A stretch of 64,000 nt of DNA from Paragordius varius (GCA_964247055.1 OZ176054.1:5828001-5892000), one strand, 5' to 3'; counted from the first letter of the stretch, positions 26,741 through 41,700 are shown. Numbers and translations: made by a program. Notes: a model not told the origin generated them from the letters alone.

Positions 26741-28725
26741 TTATTGAGTTTTATTGGATAATCGAAAGCGTTGTCGTTTTCTTAGCTCTGAAGCCTTGCG
26801 AATATGTTTTAGGAGTCTTTTACGTTTAGTTCGACAAAGACGGAGCATTTCTTTGCGTTTAAGTTCCCATTGTGAGGGTTGGCAAAACGATTCATCTTTC
26901 CGACAAAAGTTTTTAACGCAATTCATTACGTTGCTTTTCTCGTTTTGTTCATCAAAATGTTCGGGTTTCATGAAGAAAGTGGTGACATTGGCCATCGTCG
27001 GTTGTCCAAACATATTCATTCGTTTTTCCAGGGTCAAATGAGCAGGGACATTTTTGATATTATCTGATGGGATTGTATCATCTTTAAAAAGTAAGAGGAA
27101 TGTCAATTAAAACTAAAAAATATATATTTTGCTAAATTTAATTAGACAATAATCCTATAAAATAAACAATTATAAATATTAATCATGGTCGCTTTAATTA
27201 TAAACAAATCATTATCTTTTGGAATAGTTTTCTATCCTGTTGGAGTTTAAACATAATTAAAAATTATGATATTTAAAAATGTTATATATAAAATAAAGGT
27301 ATAAATTTTGTCTTTCTCCTGATCATACAAAGTCGATTTTATTAAAATATATTAATAAGCATATCAATCAAGGCACTGAAATCTTAAAGAAATGATTTTT
27401 AAAACACCTGACAGTTATAAAAAGTTTCGAAAGAAATAAATTTTTCAGTTATTATATAAGAAAAAAGTTTTTCATTTTAAAAGAGAAACTTCCAGTTTTA
27501 GAATAATCATTTATAAAAAAGTAAAAAGATAAAAAAAATTATATATAGGCTATCGTTTTGGGCTACAAAATAACTAATAGATATGTTAATTGAACACCAT
27601 TAATTTTAATATATTTCAACAAAAATTATGGATTAATATATGGGTTTTTATAATAAAAACAAAATTATTTTTAGTTATTATGTTTTGTCTTGGTAAATTT
27701 TATTTTTAAGTAAGTATAACCATGATGATTTCCATAATTATATAGATTTTGACTAAAATGTTGGAAATTGGAATATTTATTAATCATTTCATTCTTTTTG
27801 ATTTGGCTCGCAGTCTTGGCAGAAGTGATAGAGTGGGTTATATCGATTTTACTTTCTGATTGTTCGGTTTTATCAAAAAACTTAAAACTTCCGGAATCAT
27901 TTGACGCCTTTGTCGGAGATTTTTGAGAACCAAATACACATTTTAAATCTTTATAGATAGTAAAATTGTTGGAATTGTTTTTATGACATTTTTGGCGCAT
28001 TTCGATGGGTTTGCAAGATTCATTTAATGGTTTATTTTCCACAAACAAAGGGTCAAATCTTTGAATGAGTTTAAATTGATTAGATTTATTTATCGAGTTT
28101 TCTTCATATTTAGAATCGACAAATCTTTCGTCAATTTTAAAACGTTCATCATTACCGATCCTAACCAATTAATACTATGAATTACTTTAAACTTAAATTC
28201 AATAATTTATCAGCATTTTTGCATTTAAATTTAGGTTGAATATCAAAAGATTCGTTAATTTCCGAATCAAAAAGCTTGATTTTAACTGGTTTGTCAGCCA
28301 CGGGCATAAGAGCCTTCTTAATAATACAACTACGTTTGTAAACATCATTCTTCTTAGCATCTAATGCCGCCAAACGCTTTTTATTTGCGATAACTTTCTT
28401 AGTTAGTTTTGTCATATTTTAGACTTTTTTAACATGCTTAATGCTTTATCAAAATCAGTTTCCTATAGTTAGTTATAAAATAATACTTTTGCTTTGCAAT
28501 CAAGATCAATAGAAATATTTCGGATTAACAAATTAAACTCGTGGGTGTCAAAAATATCTTTTGATTTACTATTCTTAATCAATGGTTTAATCTTTTTAAA
28601 TACAGTTTTCGGTTTCTTATAAGTTGAAAGGTGCAGTGCTTTAGCCGCGTTTGTTAAATTATCTTTTTGCTGCTTTTTGAGTTTCAATTTAACCATGCGT
28701 TGAATATTTGATACAACATATGACT
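26741..28725 (-). CDS. NOL8: Nucleolar protein 8-like (5' end unresolved; no RRM recognised)
   Basis: KRLAAL, FDIQPKFKCKNADKLLNLSLK|IGNDERFKIDERF (25-nt intron 28161-28185), QRFDP, and a basic C-terminus FFMK...WELKRKEMLRLCRTKRKR. These match NOL8 blocks in order. Confidence 0.75.
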
Positions 28726-29170
28726 AAAAAATATAAATGTCAAGATAGATTATAATTTTATAATATTTTATTAATTCTATTAGAATCAAATGATATTGTT
28801 AAATTTTTTTAGATATAGAAGTTGATTACTTAAAATTATAGACCTTAATTCATGTCTTAATTGCTAAAAAAGGTTGAAACCTAAAAAAGTATATCATTAG
28901 ATTAAGTGAATTTATTATAATAAAAATTATATATTGATTTTATGATAATTTACCTACAACAGTATTGTGATGTTAATACTCCCAATAACCATGGGCATAT
29001 AGTCAAAATTTATAGATATAAATAATAAATTATAATCTGTAAGTGTTATATCTTGTCGCATTTATTTATTAACTTTGATTTTAACATTTATAAGCTATTA
29101 ACATAAGAAAATTACTGCTTAATTTTTAATTTTAAAATTTAACTATTTTATTTTTAAATTAATATATCAG

Positions 29171-29568
29171 GTGATTTACAATTACACCATTGATCTCAAT
29201 ATTGATCGGCAAATGCCTTATCTTCAAGAAAATTGTATGAATTACTTTCAAACACCCAGTGACGGAGCTTGTAAGCGAAAATCTGATCAATTGCAGATAT
29301 TTGACCAGGTCGAAGTTATTAAGAAGCAGTGCACATTGGATATTTCTGTTAATTCGAATAATACAAATATCCAACAAGTATTTTTAATATTATTTTAGGT
29401 CAATCACTCCACCGCCATCCTGCCAACTTCTATTCATAATAAGTATTGCATTATTTAATTTTTAGAACAACTGAAACATTCACTAGTTCAAATTTTAGAA
29501 AATGCTATTGTTTCCCCTCTTGGAATGGTGCAAATAATTTTATGTCCCTAGATTCTCATTTATTTTAA
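29171..29568 (+). CDS. Unidentified small Cys-containing protein (3' exons; 5' exon not located)
   Basis: Removing two GT-AG introns of 21 nt (29378-29398) and 23 nt (29443-29465) restores one frame ending ...RKCYCFPSWNGANNFMSLDSHLF*. An acceptor AG precedes 29171. Confidence 0.55.
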
Positions 29569-29675
29569 TATTAGTCATATTATGATCTTATTTATGTGAT
29601 TTCATAATAATTTCAGGTACTTTATAATCATATTTTGTATCAATAAATTGGTTGTTTATTTATTTTTTCTACGTT

Positions 29676-30170
29676 TTATTTAAAATACAAATCTAACGGG
29701 TCGCTTTTATTTGATTTTAGTACATAACCTTGAGGTTGTTGAATTCTTTTGATATTTCTTTTTTGAGTATATGGTTTATAATTTGATGTTAGACGTTGTT
29801 GTCTTCTTACAAGTCTAGATTGTGTACGGATATTAGGGTTATGCAATTCTTCATCTATATTCACACGTTCTAACAATACTTCTTGCATATAATCCCTACC
29901 AATTTCATTTGGCATTCCTCCAGGATTACGATGCGCAAACCTTAATAATGAGTTTCTATGATTTTGCAAAGCATTTATTCGCAATTCGAGGAGCTCGATA
30001 TGAAGACGACATTGTTCCAAATTTTTTTGTTTGTTTATGATAGCAAAAATTAATATTGTAAATATTAGTATTAACACATATATAAATACTAAAGAATCTC
30101 TGAAAATCGATAACCATTCTTCAAATTTTACAAAATTATCACCAAAAAATAAAATATCATCATATAACAT
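29676..30170 (-). CDS. Orphan 164-aa single-exon protein with an N-terminal TM helix, short coiled coil and basic tail
   Basis: ATG-initiated 495-nt ORF in very AT-rich DNA, with hydrophobic stretch SLVFIYVLILIFTILIFAII. It is divergent from the cyclase ATG. Confidence 0.6.
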   Translation of the reverse strand: MLYDDILFFGDNFVKFEEWLSIFRDSLVFIYVLILIFTILIFAIINKQKNLEQCRLHIELLELRINALQNHRNSLLRFAHRNPGGMPNEIGRDYMQEVLLERVNIDEELHNPNIRTQSRLVRRQQRLTSNYKPYTQKRNIKRIQQPQGYVLKSNKSDPLDLYFK

Positions 30171-30228
30171 ATAATAAATGTTTAATTAATTAGAACTTTC
30201 TAATTAAAAATGATTTACTAACTAAAAC

Positions 30229-31204
30229 ATGTGGGCTTACATATTATATTACTTTGGGACAATTATTTGCGTTAAAACAAACAAAACAGGAGATAAGTTT
30301 AATCTAAGAATCGCGGTCCTTTTACCATTGTATGGGGATGTTCCTGTCACTATGGAGAAAACTCAAGGAATTTTAGCAGTAGCTTTTAGGGATGCAAACA
30401 TTTTACTCTCTCCTTTGGGAAAATTACATTATTCTTATGCCGATACGGGCAGTGATGGTCAGCAATCAAATGTTCAATATGATAAATGTACTGAACAATT
30501 TACTGCTTATCATGCAATAAATTTCTATTACAATATATCTTCCAGTAAACAACGTGTAGCTGCTTTTTTAGGAGCATCGTGCATGCCTGAATTTTATGCC
30601 TTAACTTTCCTTGCTACCCGTTGGAATATACCTGTAATTACTCCTCTGGGCCCTGATCAAAATAATCGTGCGGTATGGCCCACTGTAATACGCACGGGGT
30701 GGACTAGCAAAGATTTGGTAACAGCCTTAACTACAACTCTGCTCTCTCATTTTAATTGGCAATCGTATTTTTTGATATATGATGAGCCCAAAGATAAATT
30801 TACCCTGAGCATAGGGGAACAAATTTTAATGTATTCCGAGATTCAGCCCTTATCCTACACCGTTGTTAAAAATGTTGAGAAAACCAATAACTATATTTTT
30901 CGATTGCTTTCGGGGAGTTTAGTATCAAGAGGTAAAAAAATAATCTCTTAAAATATGTTAATATATATATATATGAGTTATTAAGCCTCGAGCAGAATCC
31001 TTAACTACCTCCTTAACCAGGTTGGAACAGATGCCTTAACTACCTCGTTAAACAGGTTATGTAGGAACCGGTTGTAGTTCTGAATATATTAAAGAACCAC
31101 TTTGCTTCCACTTTTGATTTTTTGAGAATCAAGGCGGTTTCGGTTTCATCATTAATGTTCCAATCCTAAAATATGTAGTTTTAATAAAATTATTGCAGAT
31201 CCGT

Positions 31205-31237
<33 letters not shown>

Positions 31238-32671
31238 CTACAATCCTGTTCCTGTTGGGTGAACCTTTTTTTGAGTTGACTTTTTTAACTCCTATATATC
31301 AAAATTCAATTTTTGTAACTTTTTTGTGCTAAACCATTCTATAATTACTTTATAACATTTGACTTCATTAAATATATTACAATTATTTTAAACATTGTAA
31401 AATTTTAAAATGACTGCTAAAATTATATTTTTTAATTTACTATAGGCTGTCGAATTTCGGATCGAAAATGTAGTTTAATTAACATTAATACCGACTAAAC
31501 TTAAGCTCGGATTTTAATTTGAGTTTTTTCCTGCTATCAATTATTACTAAATTTTTTTTGGTATATATATATATATATATACTAAAATAATTGATGGTTT
31601 ATATATTTTATACACTATACTACTGAAGTGATAAGGCTCACTGGCATTCAATCTAATAGAAAAGTTGTGATTTTATACCTAAAAGTAGTACCTGGATTTA
31701 AAATTTTATTGGTCACTTAATATTAATTCTATTTATTAAGATACAAAAATTTCCAAATTAAACAACTGCAATTAATGTTTATGGTTACATTAAAATGGGT
31801 TTGTTATTAAGTTGTTAGGGTATATAAATCTGCACTATATCGCTAAATACAAGTTATCGAAACGCTATTAATAAATCATCTTAACTTTTATTTTGAATAT
31901 AAATATAACGTTTCAATAGCAATTTTTGTTGGCTTGAATTTTACGTTAATTGTGTTTTTTAAATCTAATTATCGTGAGTGCCCCTAATATATATATTATT
32001 TTGTGTTTTAATTTTTTCTTATTATACATAATAACCAACAAAATTAGTTGACGCGTTTGCCCCAATTTATTTACTTTTATACGAATAATTATACGGAAAA
32101 ATGCTATTTTTTCCATTTTTCCATAAATAACTTTTATAGTATTTATCATATTAAGCTCTCAGATATTTAATGTTATAGATGAAACCAAACCGCTTTTGGT
32201 GCGCTTATTCTAGTGATTTGTATGCCTTTGTAAAATGCTTTCGGTTTTCGATCCATAGTTATACAGATGGTTATATTTCGGTTTTAATTTGGGAATGGTC
32301 ATTATTTTTATATAACGTAAATAAATGACACAAAAATATAGACCAGTTGTACTCATCAAAAATGTTTAAGGGCCGAATATTTTTTTTGTCTCAATGGCCG
32401 TACACCATATAATACCCTGAACACTTCTTAGCCGTTTGACACATTTGCAGGAATATTTATATTCCATAGAAATACTTCAAAAATTTTAATAATAATTTAG
32501 GGCCGTAAAAAAGAACTTGGCTGCCTGTAGCTGCGGTTTGATTACCACTAATATAAACTATAAATGTTTGTTGAATCGAAATACATAAAGCAAATGCAAC
32601 TAAAAACAACTTAAAAATAAATTTAAAAAAATTATTTACTGTTTGAAGCCGTGTTTGGTAGTTTTTGAGTT

Positions 32672-32714
<43 letters not shown>

Positions 32715-35700
32715 GATTTGATTACAATAATTTTATAAAATTTATTAATGATATGTTTTATAAAAATTAGTATTTATCCTTGATGTCGATTATCCTACTA
32801 AACGAAACATGCTCCTCGATGCATTTGATTTAGGGCTGTTAAAAAATGGGGAATATGTTTTCATAGATGTAGAACTCTGGAATTGCCAATGTAAACGCGG
32901 TTCTTTCTTCAATAAATTGATCGATGAACCCAGGAAAGAGGTTTAAATTTTGTTAATATATTTTTTATAATTATTCAAGCATTACGATTTATACCGTATT
33001 TCCCCTCATTAGGATGGTATATAGTTCTATTAACTAACTTTTTAAAAGAAACTGAATATCGTGTTCCTAAATTATATTAAAAAAATCGCTAAATATTGTG
33101 TCCAAATTCCAACAAACTACGCTTGAAATATATTTGAGCCATTAAAATTAACTATAAAATATTATAAAATTAAATTTACCTGAAAAAGGGCGTAATTTGG
33201 ATATGGCCTCGGTTTAAATATTACTATACCGGCTTAAAATATAATTATTCTATAATAATAGTAATTAATTTTAAGAAAGTGGTGTAAGTATGACAGTTAT
33301 GTTTTAACGTAATCTAAATTTTCATTAAGGATTTGCATCGAGCACTCGAATCTGTTCTAATATTTACTGTGGAAAAACCAACTATGGAACAAAAACAGTT
33401 TCATTTGGATATCAAAAATATTAGTCGTCTACTCAATTACAGTTATATATATGAAGATGATGAGGAGGTATACCTTTTGTCTTATTTTTCACCCTATTTT
33501 TCTACTTTAACTTAAATCTATAACAAATACAGTATGCATTTTAATGGTTGCTTGTTTCTGGGCAATTTCCAACACAGTAGTTTATGAAAAAAAAACAACA
33601 AAATGTTGAATAAACAATTTTTTCCTTTCTTTTTTCCATCCACTACTGTGTTTTAAAATAAGCAACCATTACAATGCATACTGTATTTTTCGGTATATTT
33701 TACAGATATCCAATTGCCTTATATTCGTTTGTGTAATTTATTGTATATAAATATAAGAATGAAAAGGTTTATATTTGTTATCAACAATATTAATTTATAT
33801 ATTATTTACGCCTCAAATTCACCTTGAATTTTTAAATTACACTCCACTCAAATATTCTAAGTCTCCTTTAAACATTGAAAATTGATTGAACATTTCAAAT
33901 TCATCATTCTAAAAATGAATTATGTGTGTTTGGGCTAAATTAACTCGTATTTAATATAAAATATATTTTTGATATACTTTATAAAAAATCACCTATATAT
34001 TTAATTATTTACAAAAACTAACAAAATAGAATAGAAGGCAGAATAATTATCTAAGATCAAATATTTAAAATCAACCATAAGTTCATTTAGCCTAAAAAGC
34101 CATATTTTTGTAAGTTTAAAATTGTAAGGGTAAAATAGGTAATTCCAATGTTCGAGAATGAGTTTAAAATGTGCAGGGGTTAAATCAATTGTTTAGAATG
34201 ATATTAATTGTTATGAATTTAAATTTTTCCAGGATGACTTAATGTTAAGGGTATGAAGTGCATGGAATCAAGGCCTAAATAATATGTCATAATACTAAAA
34301 TTAGCAAATGTCTTCATATCTTTAAAACCATATTAATTTTTATAGTTATTACAAAAAAATTTTTTCGTTATGCCACCTACTAGTTTAGCAAAATCCAAGG
34401 TTTAATTCTTTTAAAGGGTAAGCGGAACAAAGGGTGCTTACTGTAAAGCATTTTGGTCATTAGGAAAATTTGCATTTTTTGATTTTAAAATTTGAATATT
34501 TTTTTAAATAAATTTTTGATGTCCCCAAGACTATAATCATCTTATGCTACACAGATAACCCAGAATTAAACTATTGAGGAAATTTTTTTGTTGATTTAAA
34601 TAAAATAATATATTAGGAAATATTAAAATAAAGTTAATACATAAATTTTTAACAAACCATATGGTGCAATAAATGGTTAAATATTATAATAATAAAATTC
34701 CAAATAATGTTCAAATAACTCGAAAAAACTTCAATCACCATATGAAAAATTTTTCCTTAACAATATATGTAAGGTACCTTATTTAATTTGGCTAAGGTAG
34801 ATAAAATTGATTAATTTCTAAATCAAGTTTCACTAATTTTTTTGCTTTTGTTTTAATCAAGAATTCATTTTTACAACTTAGTCCTAAGTAGGTTTTTTAT
34901 ATTGTGTTAAAAAAGAGTTTTTCTGTTAGTTAGATTGGTCCAATAGCTATGGGCTTGTATGATGGTCTATTACTCTATGCTAATACTGTCAAACAACAAT
35001 TTTTGAATGGTAAAAACTTATATAATGGACGAGAAATTACGGAAAAAATGATAAAAAGCCCATATGAAAGTAAACATAATTTTAGACTATATAGATCAAA
35101 AATTATTTATCATAATTAAATATAAATGGGATTTGTTAACTCATATTTGTCCATTATATATTGGATATAACGTGTAAGTTTATATGAAAAATTGACTCCA
35201 TGTGTTAAATTTAGAAAAATTATATTCATACTTGTTATCCACATATAAACCCAAAAAAATTAACATGGTACGTAAAAATTAACACTTTCACACTTTTATG
35301 GCATTTTTATTTAAACCAGATCGATATCCTAATTAGCTTTTATAAATGCTTTTGCAAATTATTATCCTTTAATCATATTATATAATTTTTTTACTTATTT
35401 TCGACAAATGTTATTTAGGTAAAAATATATTTAAATTTTTATATAAAAATGAAATGCATATTATATGCAAACATTTGAAATGGAATTACAAATCAGCTTA
35501 TTTATAATTAACAATTATCCAAAATTTCAACATTTAAAATAGTTTAACATTTATTAATAATTTATATCGTTTGAGTTAAATTGATTATATACATTTTTAT
35601 AAAAACGAAAGAAATTAAATTTTAAATAAATCTTAATGTTTAATTAATGGGATTATCCAATTTAGTACATAAATGAATATTCTTATTTCGTTTAATTATT

Positions 35701-38700
35701 GTAATGATCAAAAATTATAGCAAAAAATAGGCGCGTATCTTTAAAAGAGGAAGGCGATGGAGATTACAATTATGTCATATGGGACTTTCACCAGAATACC
35801 AAAGAATGGCGGGTATTTTATTTTTACATAATTTAATATCAATAAAATTACGTACTTAACCTTTTTAAATTTACCTAACTTACTGACTAAAAAACATAAT
35901 TCTAGAGGACATACTAATCATAACATAAAGTGTGCCAGTAATCATATTTACGATGCAAATATTGTAATTATCATTTGTTGATTGACACAATTAAAGTTCC
36001 ATATTGCACGTAGATATTGTCAATTTAAATTACATTTTAGTCTTCATTTGTTTCTAATTTTAAATACTTGTATCCGGGCCAAAAGTTACAAACTCAATTT
36101 TAAAAATTTATTTAAGTAATATTAAACTGTCAAATACAATTATGTCATTGTCACACATAAAAGTCCAACCTTTTTCTTGATCAATCGAAAATCTCCTCCA
36201 TACAAATAACAAATGTTATGAAATGCCGCTCCTGGTGTTACTCTGTGATTCAAAAAGAAATCCCTCATTTAAAAATTTAATACATAATGTTTTTAAAGAT
36301 CACCATATCATTCTAGGAATTCTTTCAAAAGCTTTTTCCTTAATATGGGTCAAAAATGTGTTTCCAATTTTCCTTTTTACTATTACTGCATAAATTGCAT
36401 TGACAATAGACTTTCTAGGCATAAATTTGATTTTACCATTTACTTGCCCTTTAAGCCCCAGCATATAGCAATAATTAGCTTTTACCAATCATTAATGTTT
36501 GTAAAAGGGTCAAAATCCCCAAATTAAAGATTAGACCTACGCATTTTATAAAAAATTGGTGATCTGGTTTTTTGATTGATTTCACTGAAATACCTTGTTT
36601 TTCTTGGACACAGCGAAAATAACCTGCCAAATAGCAAGTTAACTATAATTTATCCAAATAAAATAATTAAACTCACCTTAATTGCAAAATCATTGTGTAT
36701 ATAATATAACCCAATATAATAATATTAAGAGTAATTTTAAAATACAGCAATATCGCCAAATAGTTATCTTAAAAATCTTATCTCTATAAATGACTGCCTC
36801 TACAAAACCCGATTTTCAGGGAAAAATCAATGTTTGACCGTCATACCTAAGTGCTGTTGGATAGGACTGTATATTTTTATTGCTAATGTACACATAAAAT
36901 TTACATTGATAGATCGCATCGGATATCTTCTAACAAATGCGGTTTCACGCGTATAGAGATTTAAAATGTAATATTGGTCAAAATTGTGGGACCAAATTTT
37001 TGAAATTGTAAAATTTTTATTTTTTAAGGCCAAGTTTATAATCAGTAAAGAAGGAGTCGTAAAACATGGTCAATATCAGGCTATACATTGGCCTTATCAA
37101 AACAGAACGCCTCTAAACATCCCTGAATGTGGATATGGTGTCGAAATGGCGAAATGTTTACCACACAGTATTTTTTTCATAAATTAATTTTCTGTTAAAA
37201 TAAAATTTATTTATTATGAAAAAATATCAAAATTTTAAGTGTGATAACTATCTGAAATTACTTGTATACACACATTTTATAGGAATAATCATATCAACTA
37301 CAGAAACAGTAACGGTTGTTTTATCCATCCTTGTCATATTAATCATTATAGTTGGACTATTATTTTACAGGTTAATTTATATTAAATTATTAAAAATTGG
37401 CTAACATAAGAGGCATTGAAATGATTAGTTGTTTCTACCCCTTTTTAATATATATTTAAACTAATATACATATGTAATTTGGAAAATCCTTAATGAAATG
37501 ATGTATTTATATTGAAATTCTATTGTTTCCTGTTCAAGTTTAAATCCAAATTTTATTTAGGCCGAGATAGAAAAAACTTATTAAAAATAAAATTATGAAT
37601 ATTGAATCAATTCGAAACCGTACTCTTCTTCAAATTATTAAGAAAGTTATTTTTTAAGATTTACCATTAAAATTGTTTAAATTTTGGCGAGTTCAAAATT
37701 AAAATAAAAGTTTTTAATATCGGCTGTTATAACAAACACTTTCTCAACCACTGAACTTAATTTGCTCTTTCATTGGAACCGGCATTTAATTAATATTAAA
37801 AAATTGTTTTTTATAAAACACAATTATTCTATCTAATTAACTACGATATGTGATGCGATCGTCAAAAAGGGATCCAAAACTGATTTTTCGAGAATCCGAA
37901 ATTTAAAAGCTGATATTTTGCTAGTTTGGTTTCTAAATACAAAAACCAAAAATAATTTTTAACGACAAAACATTCCTGGATATGTGAATAATCTTTTCTA
38001 TATTAAATTAGTATTTTTTTAATCAGATATTTATAATTTCCCCCAAATTTTAAAATCTGTTCAGCATTAATGACACATAATTCCAAATTTTTATTATTAA
38101 TATTTATTACTAATTTGCACATAAATATTTTTACAGTTACTCTTAATAATGATTAACTCACCAAAATTAACTCTTGGAAAAGTTTTATATCCTTTGCTGA
38201 TAATTTGGTTCAGAAAGACTAAAAGTACTGAAGTTTTATGTCTGATAAGAGAATATTTATAATAAATAATTTCAAAATTAATCTATGATACTTATTTAAT
38301 GCGGTTTTTTTCTTTAGAAAATATAAGTATGAATCCGAATTGTCTGATAGATGGTGGGAGGCTAAATTAGAAGATATAATTATTTATAAGCCTAAAGTAG
38401 CATCTCAAATCAAATTACAAGCACAAGTATTGATATTGTATATATATATATATATATATATATGATAATTAGTAATTTAATTTTACGATTTTGAGGCTAA
38501 ATTTTGATATAAAAATTAATTCTTTATAATTTTAATTGAATATTTTGTTAGTGTTAAACATAATTGAATATATTCTTCGCAACTATGCAAATTTATATAT
38601 TTGATTTTATCGATAAAATATTCTAAAATAAAAGAAATTTTTAATTAGAAGATTTTCGTAAAGAATTTTTCGTAACATATAACATATATCAGGGGTCTCC

Positions 38701-41700
38701 AACACACTTGGTTTCGCAGGCCGCATATGAAGTATACATAGGAATTTATAATAAATTATTAGAGTTTAAACATAGGACTGTAATAAGCAAAAACAATAAA
38801 ATATATTTTTCAAGGGAAACATCAATTTTATTATGATTTTGCAAATATTTCTAAATTATAAATTCCAAATTTTTTGTAAGCCGCATGTTAAATACCCCTC
38901 ATATAAGGATATTAGGCACTTTTCACATTATCCATTTCCAGTTGATTAAACCTGTAAAGTATCTTTGGCAGCACACGAATATTTTTGATTGCTAAAGGGC
39001 ACAATTTTGGTTTCAAGCATAGTTTCATTCGTATAAAGACGAATATTTGTTATTTGAATTAAAATCCTTAACTACTTAATAACAATAGAATGTGAAAAAT
39101 GGTCCTTGAACCTTTTACAAAACTTACCAAATACATATAATGTAATCCATCTTTGTGATTTTACTTCCTCCGTTTTTAATGTCATTTAACTTAAACTGCA
39201 ATGATTGCAATTAGATTCCCAGAACATCGTCGGCGCTATTCTTATTGTTTTTTGCAAAATAACAAATATCTTTTGTTAGGGATTAATACATATAAATTCC
39301 GACCCACCTCCTTTTTATCGTACATGAATCTTAGCGACGCGTGAAAGAGCAGGCTAGATATTAAAAACATAAATATATATATATATATATATATTATTTG
39401 TTAAATAACTATATAGGATTTAAAAATTTAGTTTTTTATATATAATATAAAGCATTTTTAGCAAAAATATATATTATTTTATAAAGGCTGACAAAGATGA
39501 GGATTTAAATCTAAATGATCCAAAACCATTTCTCGAACTTCATGGAGAATATAAGGTTTGATATATATCGTTAGATGTTTTGTAAGTGTATATTCTAATT
39601 TGATTTAAATCACAAACTTAAGAAGAAAGTTTTAGCTAGACTCATTTGGAGCGATATATTTTTACAGTTTTAACATTTTTTATAAATATTTTTAATATGA
39701 TGCGTAAGAATGATTGATTTCTTTAAAATTATTCCACGATTACTAATATATACGATATTTAAATTCAAAAACGCTCTTGGGTAGTATACTACTCCAGAAT
39801 TCAAAAATGAACAAATTATATTGTTATAATAATAATTAGGGGATTCAAGTGACCGTTCATGAGTTGATGGTGGACAAACACTTACAAGTAACGCGTCAGA
39901 TGCTTGTGGAACTGAAAATGGTTAGAAATACATATTTAATTATTTTGAAATAAAAATATTACAGCAGTCTAATGTATTTTTGGATTAATTATACCTATTT
40001 CATAATAAAAATTTTAAAAGGTATATATTTAAATATATTTCAGAAATCGATTGTGTCCTTAAAAAATATGCAAAAGCCGAAATCTAGCGATAAAACTTTA
40101 TCACATATTTATAAAATTATATTACTTTATATAAAGGCCTTAGAATTTAGTTTAAGATTTTTCTCACCCTCAAAATTCATTTTAATTATAGCATTCTTTT
40201 AACATAAAAATATTTTCTGCATAGTTTGCGTTAATTTGAGATTTATTATTTTATCCCATAAAAGTAGATATAACTCTTTTAAATGACTATAAGTTGTATA
40301 AAAGCATTATGACATACATTTCTCTGCCGAATGTATATTTTATCAAGTAGTCTTTATGCCTTTCCATATGGGCAATGTGGATAGCTAGAATAGGTGCCCG
40401 CTTTATTTCAATATTTAAAAATTCTATATAATTTAATTTGATGCATCTGGATGTATTATCTTTCATCCGTTAGCAAAATCTTTAAATGAAAATAATTTGT
40501 TGAGTAGATAAAATTATATAAAATGTTAAAATTAATTAATTCATAGATACGTGATTTACAACATATTAATGTGTGCCGATTCGTGTCCATTTCTATTAAA
40601 TCACCTCAACTATATATTCTCATTGAGTTTTGTGCTAAGGGAAGTTTAGAGGTATGCTGATTTTTTTATGTAAATATTGGCGCGCCTAATTATAATTTTT
40701 TCTTAGCAAATTCTGCAAAACAAATCATTCAAAATGGATGAAGATATCAAAATGTCCTTCATACAAGACATAGTTTCGGTAAGTATCATTATATATTGTT
40801 GGAATATATTAGTCATTTAAATAGTCCTGTTACCAATTAAAGGGCGTATTAATTGCAAAACATATAAATCGATATGATTTATATTAGGCAATTCGGTAAC
40901 ATATTACGGTTAAAATAATATTTATGCCACTTTTTGCTCGTCACTTCGATATTAATTTATTTAATATGATCAATCTTAAACTGCGGGCGATAAGTGCATT
41001 TTTTAAAGAATACTTTACGGTTTTCGGGTTTAAAACAAATCTTTAACTGACCATCTGGATAAAATGAAATTATATTTTTTGGGCCTTACTTAAAAGAATG
41101 TCTTAGGTCAAAAAAATCTGCCTGGCTCTATAAAAACGAAAATAAATAAAAAATAATAAATATATGGCCATCATCGATCACTTCGAATAATTTATGATAA
41201 ATGATCACAAAATCTTTAAATATGTTTAATATAATTTGAACCATATTAAAATTAGAAATTTTAAAATAGTTTGTGAAATTTATGGATTTTAAACTATAAA
41301 AACGGAACTCAAAATTCTCCGATAACCCTAGTTTTTGTTTCATACCAATGTTGATTCAAATGTATCAAAAGAAAAAAATTTATCAATTTAATTACCAATA
41401 AGATGAAAATTTTAAATTTACAACATTTATCGCATTTAAATTTTAATTTTATAAGCGAATTCAGAATTATTAAATTATTGATAGATATTCCGGAGTAGGA
41501 CTTAAATTGCATGAGTATATATTGTTAATCATTTTTATTTTATGCGCATATTTATTTAACCAAGGGCATGTCTTATTTACACTCAAGCCCGATTAAATAC
41601 CACGGAAATTTAAGATGCACAGAATGTTATGTGGACTCCAGACTCTCTCTCAAAATATCAGGCTTCGGTTTAAATTATATAAGGATGCATGAATTAGAAA

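Noticed and set aside
28405-28420. ATGA stop/start overlap suggesting bacterial-style translational coupling or a programmed frameshift
   Set aside because: A canonical 89-nt GT-AG intron (28398-28486) removes it. It is kept only as the alternative-acceptor finding.
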